Shown here: in pieces, positions 11,059 to 24,527 of the stretch
Numbering within the stretch: position 1 is the first letter of the stretch
Layout: each line of letters begins with the position of its first letter
Origin: Trichoplax adhaerens
Taxonomy: Eukaryota > Animalia > Placozoa
Direction of reading: 5' to 3'
Assembly (NCBI RefSeq): GCF_000150275.1
Contig: NW_002060948.1
Span: forward strand, 1,697,983-1,761,982
DNA: 64,000 nucleotides
Program-made: the position numbers and the translations under genes
The notes under the pieces: generated by a model
The model's database searches: none
What the model saw: the letters and a program-made list of their open reading frames with translations, nothing else
Told to the model about the DNA's origin: nothing

Positions 11059-14000
11059 ATGAGCCAACAGAACGGTGGCTATTCCAAGCTAATGTGGAGT
11101 CCAAATCCCGACGTCGTCACCAACATGGATCAATTTCGTCATGCGGCCAACGAAAAATTTCATTTACAACTAAGTAAGTAATTGCTATATTATTTTTCCC
11201 CTTTAAATCAAGCTATCGTAGGATCCAAAACTACCACATCTATCCATTGTCTCCATTTTATTTGCATTGGCTTACGAAATTAATGCACCATTTGGGCTGT
11301 TTCCATTGTCTACTCTCATCATCACTCACGTAGCTTGAAACTCGGGCAAGAATTTCACTTGGACTGCAAATAAAAAATGGCACCAATTTCATTTTTCAAT
11401 CGCCTATTTTACTCCATGGACAGAGTACATACAATGTCATGGATTAACCCTTTTCACTCATCCTACCATGATCCTATCCATGCCCTATTTGAAACAACAT
11501 CATATTTATATACTGTATTGGATGTCTCCGATTGACGACCCTACCCACTACTCAAGAGATTGCATCATAGTAACACAGACAGCACAGTACTTGCATAGGA
11601 TTCATGATTATCATTTCTTATATTACATACTGTAGGATTTTAATTAAAAGTACCAAACTTTTGAATACCGCAAATAAATTAATTCAACACGAATTGAGCC
11701 TGTGTTGGCCAACCAAAGGATCAAGTAAAATCACAGTCCTAGTATTCGATCGAAACCCCTGCCAGACGCTTTATGCAAACTACCATGTCTCCTCTTCTCC
11801 TTATTATAGTCCAGTCTAAAATATAGATCAATTACAGGACTAGCAGCGACATGATATCATCACCTTGAATAAACTATACAGGAGCACAACATGTTTTGCT
11901 TGCTCCAATTATTCCAACATCTCCATTATAAATGTTAACGATAAAATAGCTAATTAGCATTTTGGGCTAGACTACTAGAAAGTTGGATCGAGTCATGGTT
12001 GCTCCAGCAATAAACTACTCAGAAGCACAACGTGTTTTTCTTGCTCAAATAATTTCAACATCGCCATTGTTAATATCCACGATAAAATAGCTTATTAGCA
12101 TGCTAAGCTAGACTACTAGATAGTTGGATCGAGTCATGATTGCTCCAGCATTCGTACACCATCGCATCTGCTGAATACCATCCATTAACTTCAGATCATG
12201 GTTACCATACTGTCGATAACGATAGGAGTCGACTGTCTTAAGTTGCGTAATAAAGATTTGCAGCGTTCATGCTTGGAGCTAAATTATGGCATAGACTAAT
12301 TGTTGGAACTCATCTTATTCCAGGCAGCAGATTGCCAAACAGAACAAAGCCATTGATTGATTGATACTCAAAACATGTTTTACACCACCGTACTATCAAT
12401 AATTCATAGATACTACCATCAGTATAAAGAATGTTCTACAAATTTTGCATAATCTTAATATAGAGAATTCCCTTGATATTGCGATAGAGGAATGATAATA
12501 CTGTATACTGCATAATCGAAGAATTACAATCGTATTACGATTCAGTAATTCATTAGGAGCAGCATTAAGAGCTTATTTTTTTTATGTACAGTACTGTGCT
12601 GTATAACACAATTTGTGATTGTAAGCACAATCACAAATTGTTGATGGATTTCAATTTTAAAATTACATTTCATTTTTTCCACATTAAAGGCGTCTTGAAC
12701 GCACTGTCGTATATGGAGCATAGTCAAACATGCTCACTCAACAGTAATCAGTATTGTGATCGATCCGATTCAATATCGTACAGTAAGCTGAAAATTCGAC
12801 CATTGCAAATCGTATTTCAGATAACTCTACATCGGATACAAACCGTAATGCGATATACTGTGCAAGATATTACTTCTGCATTTCTTTCTAGACATCCACT
12901 ATCCAAAATGGCATGACACCAGTTAGCCTAAATACTGTATACGTAGTTGATTATTTTTATGTCTTCATTTGTAGAGGCGATAGAAGCGATTCGTTTTTTT
13001 TTTTGGAGGGGGGGGGGGGAAGGACAGATAAAGGATTTATCTATCCATCGTCCGACTTTAATCATGGCAGCACAAATCCATGCATGCTAAATACTCCTTA
13101 ACTACTAATAACAATAAAGACTGTCAAAATGTTCCATCCGATACTGCAATCAATTAACATTGCATGTCCAAAGCAGATCTATAAATGGTAATCTATTAAT
13201 TTAATTTTCTAAAAAAGTTCAACTCCTATACACGTGCTATAATAACTACGTAGAACTACGGTAGGATTTATTATTTCATATCAATGGATCATTTTGACTA
13301 GTTAATGCATAATTCTAATGTATTGCATTAATAATAAGCATATGTTACCGTTTATTCATAGATACAAAGGTATTTATTGACCATGACAGATCCGGTTTTT
13401 TTCCAACTGTTCTACTTCTTATTAAACAATAAACTAATAGTAACGTTTATATAGTAGCTGAAGGTGGGTAGTGTTGGATAGGATTTACCTTTGCAGAAAT
13501 CATATACTACATGCTGTCATTTGCAGCTTTTTCTTTCTTTGTATGTGTAGAAAATAAAAATAAGAATTCAAAATATAAAATTGGCAAGAGATTACCTACA
13601 ACTACAGTAGAAATTACTCTATCAAGTAGAATCATTTAGACAATGGCTACAATGCATTGATGAAATGCAGACAAATAGAAAGTTTTCAGAAATGAAATAT
13701 ACAGTACAGTATACGAGTCTATGCAATCATGAACCTATATATCTATGTCGGACCGTATTTCACTGTATGTTTTTATCACCGTCAAAATTAATCGATGATA
13801 GTATTTCAAACGGACCTGCTAAATTGACTATCGTAGACAAACATTCCAGTAGCTAAGACTATCCGATTAGTGGACGTTTGCTAATTTCGGACCTTTACAA
13901 AGGTATCACTACTTCTGTTTACCAAAATTGAATCATGCCACACTGTTTAAACAATTTGAACATTGCCAACTAAAACTTCATACCCCTAGACTAGCACTCA

Positions 14001-17000
14001 ATAGATATCCTGCGTTGAGTTATTTCATCGTCCATTCCTTGATTTCACGAATTTAAAGGACTTTAGCTCTGCCTAACTTATATTTTACAACGTAATACTG
14101 ATCAAAAACGATTATACTGTAGTTGTTTATTGAGATAGTCCTAAAATTTTATTAGAATCATATTCATGCCTACATAATGAGGCCATAGCTTAAGCAAGAT
14201 TTCTTTATGAAAATGGCGATTTGACCCATGGATTACCCTCTATTGTTACCATAATCATGCAAAACGAAATAGGATAGAATACCTCAACTTTAAGCTATTG
14301 AACTCTAAAATCTTTGCTATTACAACTTTAACTTTACTTGTAATCATCGCTTTATTCATCTAATTATGTTGCTCATCGATGATTTGCATTCTTCTCAAAT
14401 TACGTAATTGCGAATTAAAAGCTTCATTAACTAATTGGAAGTGATGGAGCTTATGCTAACGGGTGATTCTCTAATGATTTATTAGGCAATTATCAAGAGT
14501 TATACGAATGGTCTGTTACAGAATATGCGGATTTTTGGGGATTGTTCTACCACTTTAGCGATATTGTTCATTCTCAACCATATACACAGGTAAGTTCATA
14601 AACTAATTATATAATCGGTAAAAATAATACTATAAATAATAGGTGTCCATCAAAGAGGTGAAGCTGCGATTCATATTTACTTGCGGCAGTTTAAAGTCCA
14701 CTCTAGCGAATGTCTTGTACCATCAACGCTGTAGACAAACCATTTTATATCAGCTAAAACGGATTGATTACAATGCAATAGCAGTATCCTCCACACTTAA
14801 CCGCTAATAAACATTCATCTTAGGTTGTGGATAAATCTAAACGCGTTGATGAAATACCTGAATGGTTCCATGGAACGCGTTTAAATTTTGCTGAAAACTT
14901 GCTAAAATATAGAGATGATAAAGTAGCAATATATTTCACTGGTAAGCTGTTTAATCCTTACATTTTTAATGCTAATGCTTTGCCTTTATATTTCTAGTAA
15001 ATGGGTTTTTTTTATCATTTTGATACGCTTTCTCAAGTAGTAATGATCTGTAATAAAATAGCTTGCAGTAATTTTTGGTCTAAAATCGTTGTTAACTATT
15101 GAAAGCAAGCTCGATCTGAGTCACTTTGGTTTTAAAAATTTAATGCATCATTGAAATGTTATATTGTAGGGGAGGGAAGAGAACTTACCCAAATGACTTA
15201 TCAAGAGCTATATCACCAAGTTCGCCAATATGCTGCTGCATTGAGGAAATCTGGTGTACAAAATGGTGATCGTGTTGTTGGTAGGTTACAATAGAGGAAG
15301 CATTCGAATATTAAACTGCATAATGGTACGTGTATACTTAGCACTACCATAACACTCTTCATAGGATATATACCAAATTGTCCTCAGGCTATTATAGCTA
15401 TGTTAGCTACAGCAAGTATAGGAGCTATATGGAGTTCAACTGCTCCTGATTTTGGTACTTCGGTTAGTAAATTGATTATCGCGTATTATTATCTATATCA
15501 GTACTTTATTAGTCACCATAACTACGAGATAGACATAGAGATAGCGAAATTTCTATAGTTTAACCTTAGTTGCTTTCATCAATGTATAATGCTTTGAAAC
15601 GTCTACGGTAATACATATAATAGAAATTTAGGCGCTAGTGTAAAAAAGTAGAACGACGCTGAATGTGATATTTTACAGCTAGCTACGAATTTTGTATACA
15701 AATGTTTAAAATTTTAATTCAAATACTTTATTATAATTATTTTTAGGGTGTCCTTGATCGATTTAAACAAATTAGTCCAAAGATTATCTTTTCCGTCGAT
15801 GGAGTAACGTATAATGCAAAGCAACACACAAATTTGGATAAACTAAAAACTGTTGTCAATGGTAACTAACGATAACTATCATTTCTCAGAACGCTTCTTG
15901 CACTTTTTCTATTACGCAGTATGCAGTACAGCACTATTTTAACGCTAGCGTTGAAATAAATTGCTATAAAGATATCTAAAAATTGATCTTATTATTCTCA
16001 TTTATTTTTACTTTTATCACCTTGTTCTTTTAGGTTTAGCAACTCTAGAAAAGGTTATCGTCATACCGTATATTAATGAAATTGATGGTGCAACAACCAA
16101 GAGCATTCGTAATTGGTAATGGTACAATTCTTTGTAATTAATCTAGTAAATTTGTATAACTGAACATGATAATAATTATAAATCTATTCCTTTAAGTATT
16201 TTACTGGATGATTTCTTAAAAACTGGTTTGGATGACGACGATACACTACCAGAATTAGTCTTTGAACAAGTACCTTTTAATCATCCCTTGTTTATAATGT
16301 ATTCATCTGGTACCACCGGAATTCCGAAATGCATGGTTCATTCAGTCGGTGTAAGTAGCATGAATGTGTTCTGGATGTAGTGCAGATGTAAACAAGATTA
16401 GACCAGTTCCAGTTGAAAAAAGTCTTCTTTCTAAACTTAGGGTACTTTAATACAATTACTTAAAGAGCACATCCTACATGGGGATATGAGAAGAGACGAT
16501 GTTATGCTATTCTATACTACAGTAAGTGAAATTTTTTCCAAAAGCTCTATTAATCTAAATACGTTATCGTAGTTTCCATACCTATCTATTAGTATCATGT
16601 TTATATAACAAACGATTTCTACTTCGGTAATAAATTTTTAACTAACTACGGAATAATGACTTTGGACTAGCGTTTTCCATTCTTAAAAAAGTTGTTTTAC
16701 TGGATTGTTATTAGACCGGGTGGATGATGTGGAACTGGCTTGTTGCTGTATTAGGAACAGGAGCAGGTATTGTTCTCTACGATGGTTCTCCATTTGTCCC
16801 AAGAAAAACAATACTGTGGGATTTGATTGATGAAATTGGGTATATACTTGATGACATAGTAGTCGATTACTATTACTCTGTTCAGATTTGTTTTCGCACT
16901 GTACAAGTTGATAAATTTTTTCCTTAGTGTTAGTTTTCTTGGTGCCGGTGCAAAGTGGTATTTGGTTTCTGAAGACAATGATATTTATCCGATGAAAAGT

Positions 17001-18575
17001 CATAAACTAGAAAAACTTCGTTTTATCGCATCTACTGGATCGAAATTGATGCCAAGAAGTTATGAATATATATATAACCACGTTAAGAAAGATGTCATCC
17101 TTGCATCAATCACAGGTTTTTTATTACTTAGATATTTAAACTAAACCAAAATTAAGTTTTTAATTATAATAAAAGTATTTAACCACAGAATATTTGTTTA
17201 ACAGGCGGAACAGACATTATATCATGTTTTGCTGGGCATAACCCATCAGTTCCAGTGCATCTTGGTGAAATACAAGCTAGAAATCTTGGTATGGCTGTAG
17301 AAAGCTATTCTGAAGTCGGTAAGGGTTTAAGTAATCTACTGTTGTATACGGTATGTAAACTTAATCAGTTATGATACTCTTTGACATAACAGTATTAATC
17401 ATCTGCTATAGGAAAACCAGTATTTGGACAAAATGGCGAACTTGTATGTGTTAAACCATTTCCTTGCCAGCCAATTTACTTTTGGAATGATGAAGATGGC
17501 TCCAAATATCAAAAGGCTTACTTTAGCCATTTTGAAGGTAAATTTTTATGATACTGCAGTAAAATTTTTATTTAAGAAAGATTATTTCCGAACCGTTTAG
17601 TAATAAAATATATTGATTGTAATGTTATAGGCGTTTGGCATCACGGAGACTATTGTACAATTATTCCTAGCACTGGTGGCATTATCATGCATGGCAGAAG
17701 GTATGAATGTGATATAATATCGCAATTTTAATATGATATATTTGTCTCTCGGTTTTTCTTAAAACACGATTACACTATTTACTTTCGTAGTGATGCAACA
17801 CTTAATCCAAACGGCGTCCGATTTGGCAGCGCTGAAATATATCGTGTTGGTATGTACTTTCATTTTATGCTAAATTGACATTTCGGCTGGTAATTGTAGC
17901 GATAATAGCTGGTAATTGATTGATTTTTCTACACATTATTTAAGTATCTAAGATACCAGAAGTAGCTGATAGTTTATGCATTGGTCAGCCTATACCTGAT
18001 GGAGAAAGGGTAATTTTATTCTTAAAGATTCGGGAAGGAGAAAGGTATGCTGTAGTTTGCTACGTTGACATAATTAGTCAGTTAAAAGGTTTAGGATTGT
18101 AAAGTTTCATATAACCGATATTGTTATTCTACATATGCAATTATGGTAAATTCGTCATATTTTTCTTATCTTATAATAAAGATTTACTGGTGATCTTATT
18201 AAAGCTGTCAAAGGAAAAATCAGAAGTGAACTGTCTGCTAGGCATCTTCCAGCTATTATTTTACAAACTCCAGATATCCCAGTATGTATAATTGATTATC
18301 TGTGGATCACCTATAGGATAGTATTTGGATATTATTTAGAGGTTATCGTTGTATCACCAAAAATTTTAATACTGTTCTGATACAACACATTGTCATCAAA
18401 AAGTGCTTAGACGTAGTAACGTTCATATCTATAATTTCAGTACACGCTTAGCGGAAAAAAGGTTGAAGTCGCTGTTAAGAAAATTATATGTGGAGAAGAA
18501 GTGTCTTATAGGAACGCTCTACAAAATCCTACATCTTTGGATTTTTATCAGAATTTACCAGAATTAAGTGTTTAA
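11059..18575 (+). CDS. AACS: Acetoacetyl-CoA synthetase (multi-exon, 3.3-kb first intron)
   Basis: Exon 1 11059-11173 (MSQQ..KLMWSP..TNMDQFR), exon 2 14486-14589 ([11 protein letters not shown]), then [16 protein letters not shown], the AMP-binding loop [15 protein letters not shown] (about 16297-16340), [45 protein letters not shown], and last exon [18 protein letters not shown] ending at 18575. Confidence 0.95.
11868..12150. repeat. Two direct copies of a 141-bp unit in AACS intron 1
   Basis: AATAAACTA..GCTAGACTACTAGA.AGTTGGATCGAGTCATG.TTGCTCCAGCA starts at 11868 and 12009. Confidence 0.9.
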
Positions 18576-19576
18576 ACACTTACATCTGACACAAGTAACG
18601 AACTGAAATGTTTTACTTACACATCTTACGGCCTGATTAGCATGTTGAAAAATCTGGCTTATCTCTATTGCAATTCTACGCGTCTAAATGCTGTTAAGAA
18701 AATATAGATCTTTAGTTATAGATTTATTTGATACCATTTTTATGCGAAGCAATCGTCTATAAGCTGCAGCGATTAAGGTGTTGGCACTTATTATTGACCC
18801 TGGATTTGGCTAGCAGTGATATAATTACTTACATGATATATTTTATTGGTATTAAATACGTACATATAAATTAATTACTATTTAAATTTACAAAAAGTTA
18901 TAGTACCTGTAGCAGACATATTACAACATTAGCTTAATTTATACTATTGGTAAGCAAAATTGAATAAAGTGAAGTTTTTCCATACGTACGTAGTACCTAA
19001 TCAAAGATGAAAAATTTTATCAGTGATATATTCTGATTGAAGAGATTACAATTTTGCTATTGTATAGTGTATACCCTGCTGGATATTCAACAATTCAATC
19101 TAACAAGCTATGGAATGCAGTTAGATAGGTTCGAATATTAATACTGAGTGTTAAAATCACGGTATTCAAGCCCAGTACTTATATCAGGTCATTGACCTTA
19201 CTTCATAGCTGCCATGAGGAGCTATTAATAGTGCACGCTTGACTTGAGAATATCTTAACTCTCAAGATCTCAACATGCAGATTGATTATATCTTTACAGC
19301 CCAAAAGGTCATTAGAATTGTTACTGGATCCAAATTGATGTTGATTTCAGGGATGTTTAGTCATTAGATTAAACTCAGTTGCAAACTCATTACTCCTCCT
19401 GTTTAATTGACATATTTTGTATATTTATTGAATTTTGGGGGCAAAGATGAGAACTTCCTTTGCCCATGCCCTAATAAAGTGATATTTCATGCTATCCTCG
19501 AGATAAATTGAGAAGTATCACTCCGTGTTTTAGGCTCTACATTACACATGGGCTACTAGAGAATTTGGTAATCCGT

Positions 19577-20640
19577 GACTGTCATCAGTAACACTGACCA
19601 AACTCATCAGAATGCACGATGATGAAAAATATAATGATAACTAGACAATTTCATGTCATTCAGAATTCATATTTAGTCCCAAATTCGTATTGCGCGTGAA
19701 CTTTCTACACACCAAAGTGGCGAATTCACTCCAGTACAGTAAATCGTATACTCTACTGTAGTACTGTTTTCGATACATAGTACAGTCGCAGTCGAAATCC
19801 GCGACTGTCATCTGTACAGGCAACACTGACCAAAATCATCAGAATGCACGATGATTTATTTAAAGAATAAATAGCGATAAAGATCATTCGGAATTCATAT
19901 TTAGTCCCAAATTCGTATTCCGTGTGAACTTTCTACACGCTATACTGTAGTACTATTTTCGATGCATAGTGTAGTCGTAGTCGAAATCCACGACTGTCAT
20001 CGGTATAGGCAACACTGACCAAAATCATCAGAATTCACGATGATTTAAAGAATAAATAACGATAAAGATCATTCGGAATTCATATTCCTAGTGAACTTTC
20101 TACACACCATACTGTAGTACTATTTTCGACGCATAGTACAGCCGTAGTCGAAATTCACGACTGTCATCTGTACAGGCAACGCTTCCCAAAATCATCAGAA
20201 TACACGATAACTTAAAGAATAAATAACGATAAAGATCATTCGGAATTCGTATTTAGTCGCCAATTCAAATTCCGTGTGAACTTTCTACACACCATACTGT
20301 AGTACTATTTTCGACGCATAGTACAGCCGTAGTCGAAATTCCCGATTGTCATCTGTACAGGCAACACTGACCAAAATGATCAGAATGCACGATGATTTAA
20401 AGAATAAATAACGATAAAGACCATACTATAGTACTATTTTCGATGCATAGTACAGTCGCAGTCGAAATCCACGACTGTCATCTGTACAGGCAACACTGGC
20501 CAAAATCATCAAAATACACGATGATTGATTTAAAGAATAAATAACGATAAAGATCATTCCCAATTCATATTTACTCTCCCCAAATTTGTATTTTGAGTGA
20601 ACTTTCTATTTGATGCAACAGCGAATTCACGGCAGTATAG
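19577..20640. repeat. Complex tandem array, about 6 units of 129-226 bp, between AACS and NDUFAF1
   Basis: Anchor GA(C/T)TGTCATC..CACTGACCAAAATCATCAGAATGCACGATGAT at 19577, 19803, 19992, 20159, 20344 and 20473; unit length varies through internal deletions. Confidence 0.95.
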
Positions 20641-20966
20641 TAGCTAGAAGTAATCCTGTTTCCGATTTACTGTGTAGTGTATACTACAGACTACAGTCAC
20701 AGCAGCAAACCGTATTCCGTCTGTCCGAGCATCCTTGCAAGAGGCAGCCAAGGCAGGTTCTGGCCTTTACGAATTAGTGTAGTCTCTTTGCTATGGAAGA
20801 TCATGGTCGAGAATCTTGCTGAGTTATGATGCAGTAGATTGGCTTTTATGTTGTTTTGCCGCCATTTACTCACAGTCCCTTACCTATGTATATTATTATC
20901 TGATTGATTCGATATTAGAACAGAGCTACAACAACCGTTTATATACTATAATTAATAACGATAACG

Positions 20967-22391
20967 ATGTTGCGAAATTTAGTCGGATACATATCCAAGA
21001 GAGCTGAAGCTCGCGTCATTGTGCCTCAAGACGAGAAAATCATATGGAAATTTAATTCCGATAAAGTAGTTAAAGAATTTTATTGTTTCACGGATGCCGA
21101 CCTTGGTGGTAATTCAGATGGAAAATTTACATTAAATAGCCAAAACAAGGCCTTATTTTCTGGTACATTATCTACAAAGATAAAGCCTGGAATGCAATTA
21201 AAATATACTGGATTCTGTTCATTGCGATCGATTGTACCACGAGTAAGATTCATCCATTCTTTACTTGATTGCCAATAATGTTGATTATAAATTATTTGAT
21301 AACTAATCAAGTGTAGTAGACTAGTATTGCATGATAGCTTGTCCAAAACTTGAAGTTAAAAGTAGATGTAAATTAAATTGAATAGAATTTTTTCACGCAT
21401 CGTTTGTGCACTGTGCAATGCGTTTATGACCAGACGCGTCCTAGTCTCTCTTCTAGTACTAAATTAGAGTAGTAATCCCCAAGATACTGTAGTAGGATTT
21501 CAGCAATTAGCTACATTCAGTGGATGTAATGCGGAATAAATTCATGCATGATCTTACAAGTGATGCGCCATGTCGTTGTCCGTTTCATTGCATCGATTTC
21601 TTGTCCTATGTATTACAACGATTTTGTGGACTACATCGCGACTGTAATGGCAATTTTTTTGAATGATTTTAAATTAGCGTTTCCCTCGTGGAGAAATACT
21701 GCAAGACTGGAGCAATTTCGATGCTATTGAATTTCGTGTACGTGGTGACGGCAGAGCTTACCTCGTCAATCTACATCATCAAACTTTCCGTCCCGACGAT
21801 TTATTTCAAGCTTTCATGTTCACACGCGGTGGACCCGACTGGGAAAGCGTTCGCGTAAGATAATCACATAACTACTCTATGGAATGGTGTATTCGTAGAA
21901 TACCGTTGTAGCTATAGAGGATCACCTACTATTGCGATAACTTAGTAACTTTTACTGAGTTAGAGGAGATAGATAATAACATAGCATCTGCAATATAATA
22001 TTTACTAGACTTTGGAGAGAATCTAATGTTCACTATCCTGAGCATGGATGGATAGTTATGCTTATCGTCGCTTTTTACAGGACATGAATTACAATTTTAA
22101 TTATTTTTGTAGATCCCATTTTCCAACTTCTTCTTGGCCAATAGTGGTTATATGCAGGATAAGGATGCAGATATCTCATATGCTATAGCTAGAATCCGCA
22201 CTATTGGCTTACTGTTGGCAGATCGAGTTGATGGCCCTTTCCAACTGGAAATCGACAACATTAAAGTGGTTCGTAGCGCTATGCATATAACTCGTGGATA
22301 TCATCAAAATTTAACGTATAAAGTGAATATGGATCACTATCGTAAAACAGAAAAATACATGAAAAAAAATTACGGACCAGTGAGCGGTTAA
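20967..22391 (+). CDS. NDUFAF1: Complex I assembly factor CIA30
   Basis: Exons 20967-21242, 21678-21854, 22113-22391: IWKF..[99 protein letters not shown], matching the CIA30 domain. Confidence 0.95.
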
Positions 22392-23265
22392 ACTAAGTGT
22401 CCTATTATTAAGGAGCTGTCTTCCTCTAGTTGTGATATTGCACTGAAGGTTGATGATCTCTAACGCGTGGACATGTATTGCGCTAGAACACTGTTTTAGA
22501 ACGGCTGCATTTGTCCATTCTCTCTGACAAAATAGGTAATAAATTAAATTATAAATCTATTATTAATATACTAAGCGTACCATGATTAATTACTAGAACT
22601 ACTTTCTTGGACTACTTATCAATTCATAGCCTGTCTTGTATACAATTTTTTTTATCATAGGAGCTACAATATTTGCATCATTAAATACTGTATGCACTGT
22701 ACTGCACTTTGACAGAATAGCCTAGCAAAAATTATGTCATAATACACATATCATGATGAATGACAGCAACTCCTTTTTTGCACAACTGATCAATTTATGA
22801 CTTGTCATGTGTACAAATTTTTATCGTTTGCGCTATTTACATGGCTTAATATTATTATTGTTTTGTTTTTATGGCGTAATGTCTCATCATTTATACCAGG
22901 CATGAAATATAGCGCATTGATTGCAACGATTACTGTTACAGGCTAACGTTATTGCCGTGCTGATTTTGATTAATATTCTTCAAATACAGTAGAATAGTAA
23001 TAATAAATACGTAATCTGTGGTCGCCATGCTATCGAAGATCATGGATTTGCGTATTATTTCAAAAGAATTGGAATTTTAAGAATGAAATATTATCCTTAT
23101 TACTTGTACGTATTGTATCGTTGATTACTCAGTCGTTCAGCGAATAAGAATAGTTCATGCAAACTCTATACTGTTAAGAATGCTGTAGTCAAGTCCATAA
23201 AGCCAATGGCTACGTCCATGCAAAATAAATTTCTGTATCGCCAAGTGTACCATAAAGAGGCGAAC

Positions 23266-23815
23266 TTAACTCTGTCTCATCCATAGAGCTAAGAAAAAAC
23301 CTCGATGATCCCATTAGAGAAATGAAATTCGAAATTTCAGCGTGCACTACAAGATGAATATATCCCCATATGAACTCCTTAGCCTACACTACAGGTCTAC
23401 AGACTGTACACTCGCAACATCATTTTCTGTCGATGTAATTATATGTAATGGTCTGCCTGTAGTACAGTGATGCTAAGAATATGGGGCAGCTTCTATCATT
23501 ATCATGATGTTTTGCAGTAGTTTGCACATCCCAGTTAGCAAAGTACGCTCTATCTTACTGAGATTAAATATTGCTTAAATATCCGCCTAGTACAATTTCA
23601 ATTTTACTGTACTATCCTGGAGATTTTACCGAGCGAGACATGGTGCTGTCTATATCTATATATTATATAGAGGCCAAAGAAAAAGACCTCTGCCTTTTCT
23701 TGATCTCTATCATACCCATCAGTGCCGTCCACAGGTTGACAAAAAAGAAAGAAATCCCAAGTGTTGTCAGTAGGGTTCCGAGCATAATAACTATTTCAAC
23801 AGCATGCTTGTTCAT
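23266..23815 (-). CDS. Candidate spliced single-pass membrane microprotein (about 40 aa), unverified
   Basis: Exon 23845-23716 has a strong acceptor (TTTTTCTTTATCCTGTAG) and donor (G|GTATGA). ATG at 23815 reads MNKHAVEIVIMLGTLLTTLGISFFFVNLWTALM; joining to the acceptor GTTTTTTCTTAG (exon from 23288) adds ALWMRQS*. Confidence 0.3.
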
Positions 23816-23889
23816 TAACCGTCAACAGGTGTCATGATGAGGCACTACAGGATAAAGAAAAATCCCTTTTGCTGTTATCATAGCTCGTA

Positions 23890-24527
23890 TATACCGGTGT
23901 TGACACTTCCAACGCAATATTAAGTTTGCGAATTGATTAATGCCTTCCTTGTCAATCGTCTATACCAGTGTTGACACTTCCAAGGGCAATATTAAGTTTG
24001 CAAATTGATTAATGCCTTCCTTGTCAATCGTCTATACCAGTGTTGACACTTCCAAGGGCAATATTAAGTTTGCGAATTGATTAATGCCTTCCTTGTCAAT
24101 CGTCTATACCAGTGTTGACACTTCCAAAGTAATATCAAGTTTGCGAATTGATTAATCCCTTCCTTGTCAATCGTCTATACCAGTGTTGACACTTCCAAAG
24201 TAATATCAAGTTTGCGAATTGATTAATGCCTTCCTTGTCAATCGTCTATACCAGTGTTGACACTTCCAAAGTAATATCAAGTTTGCGAATTGATTAATGC
24301 CTTCCTTGTCAATCGTCTATACCAGTGTTGACACTTCCAAAGTAATATCAAGTTTGCGAATTGACTAATGCCTTCCTTGTCAATCGTCTATACCAGTGTG
24401 GACACTTCCAAAGTAATATCAAGTTTGCGAATTGGCTAATGCCTTCCTTGTCAATCGTCTATACCAGTGTGGACACTTCCAAAGTAATATCAAGTTTGCG
24501 AATTGATTAATCCCTTCCCTCTCAATC
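23890..24527. repeat. Tandem minisatellite, 9 copies of 71-72 bp
   Basis: Unit TATACCAGTGTTGACACTTCCAAAGTAATATCAAGTTTGCGAATTGATTAATGCCTTCCTTGTCAATCGTC starts at 23890, 23961, 24033, 24105, 24176, 24247, 24318, 24389 and 24460; there are no unique spacers. Confidence 0.98.

Noticed and set aside
19577-20640. Hammerhead ribozyme in the repeat (CTGATGA on the minus strand)
   Set aside because: No stem II closing onto a GAAA core could be built in any copy on either strand.
23890-24527. CRISPR-like array
   Set aside because: Units are contiguous near-identical repeats without unique spacers, there are no cas genes, and the context is eukaryotic.
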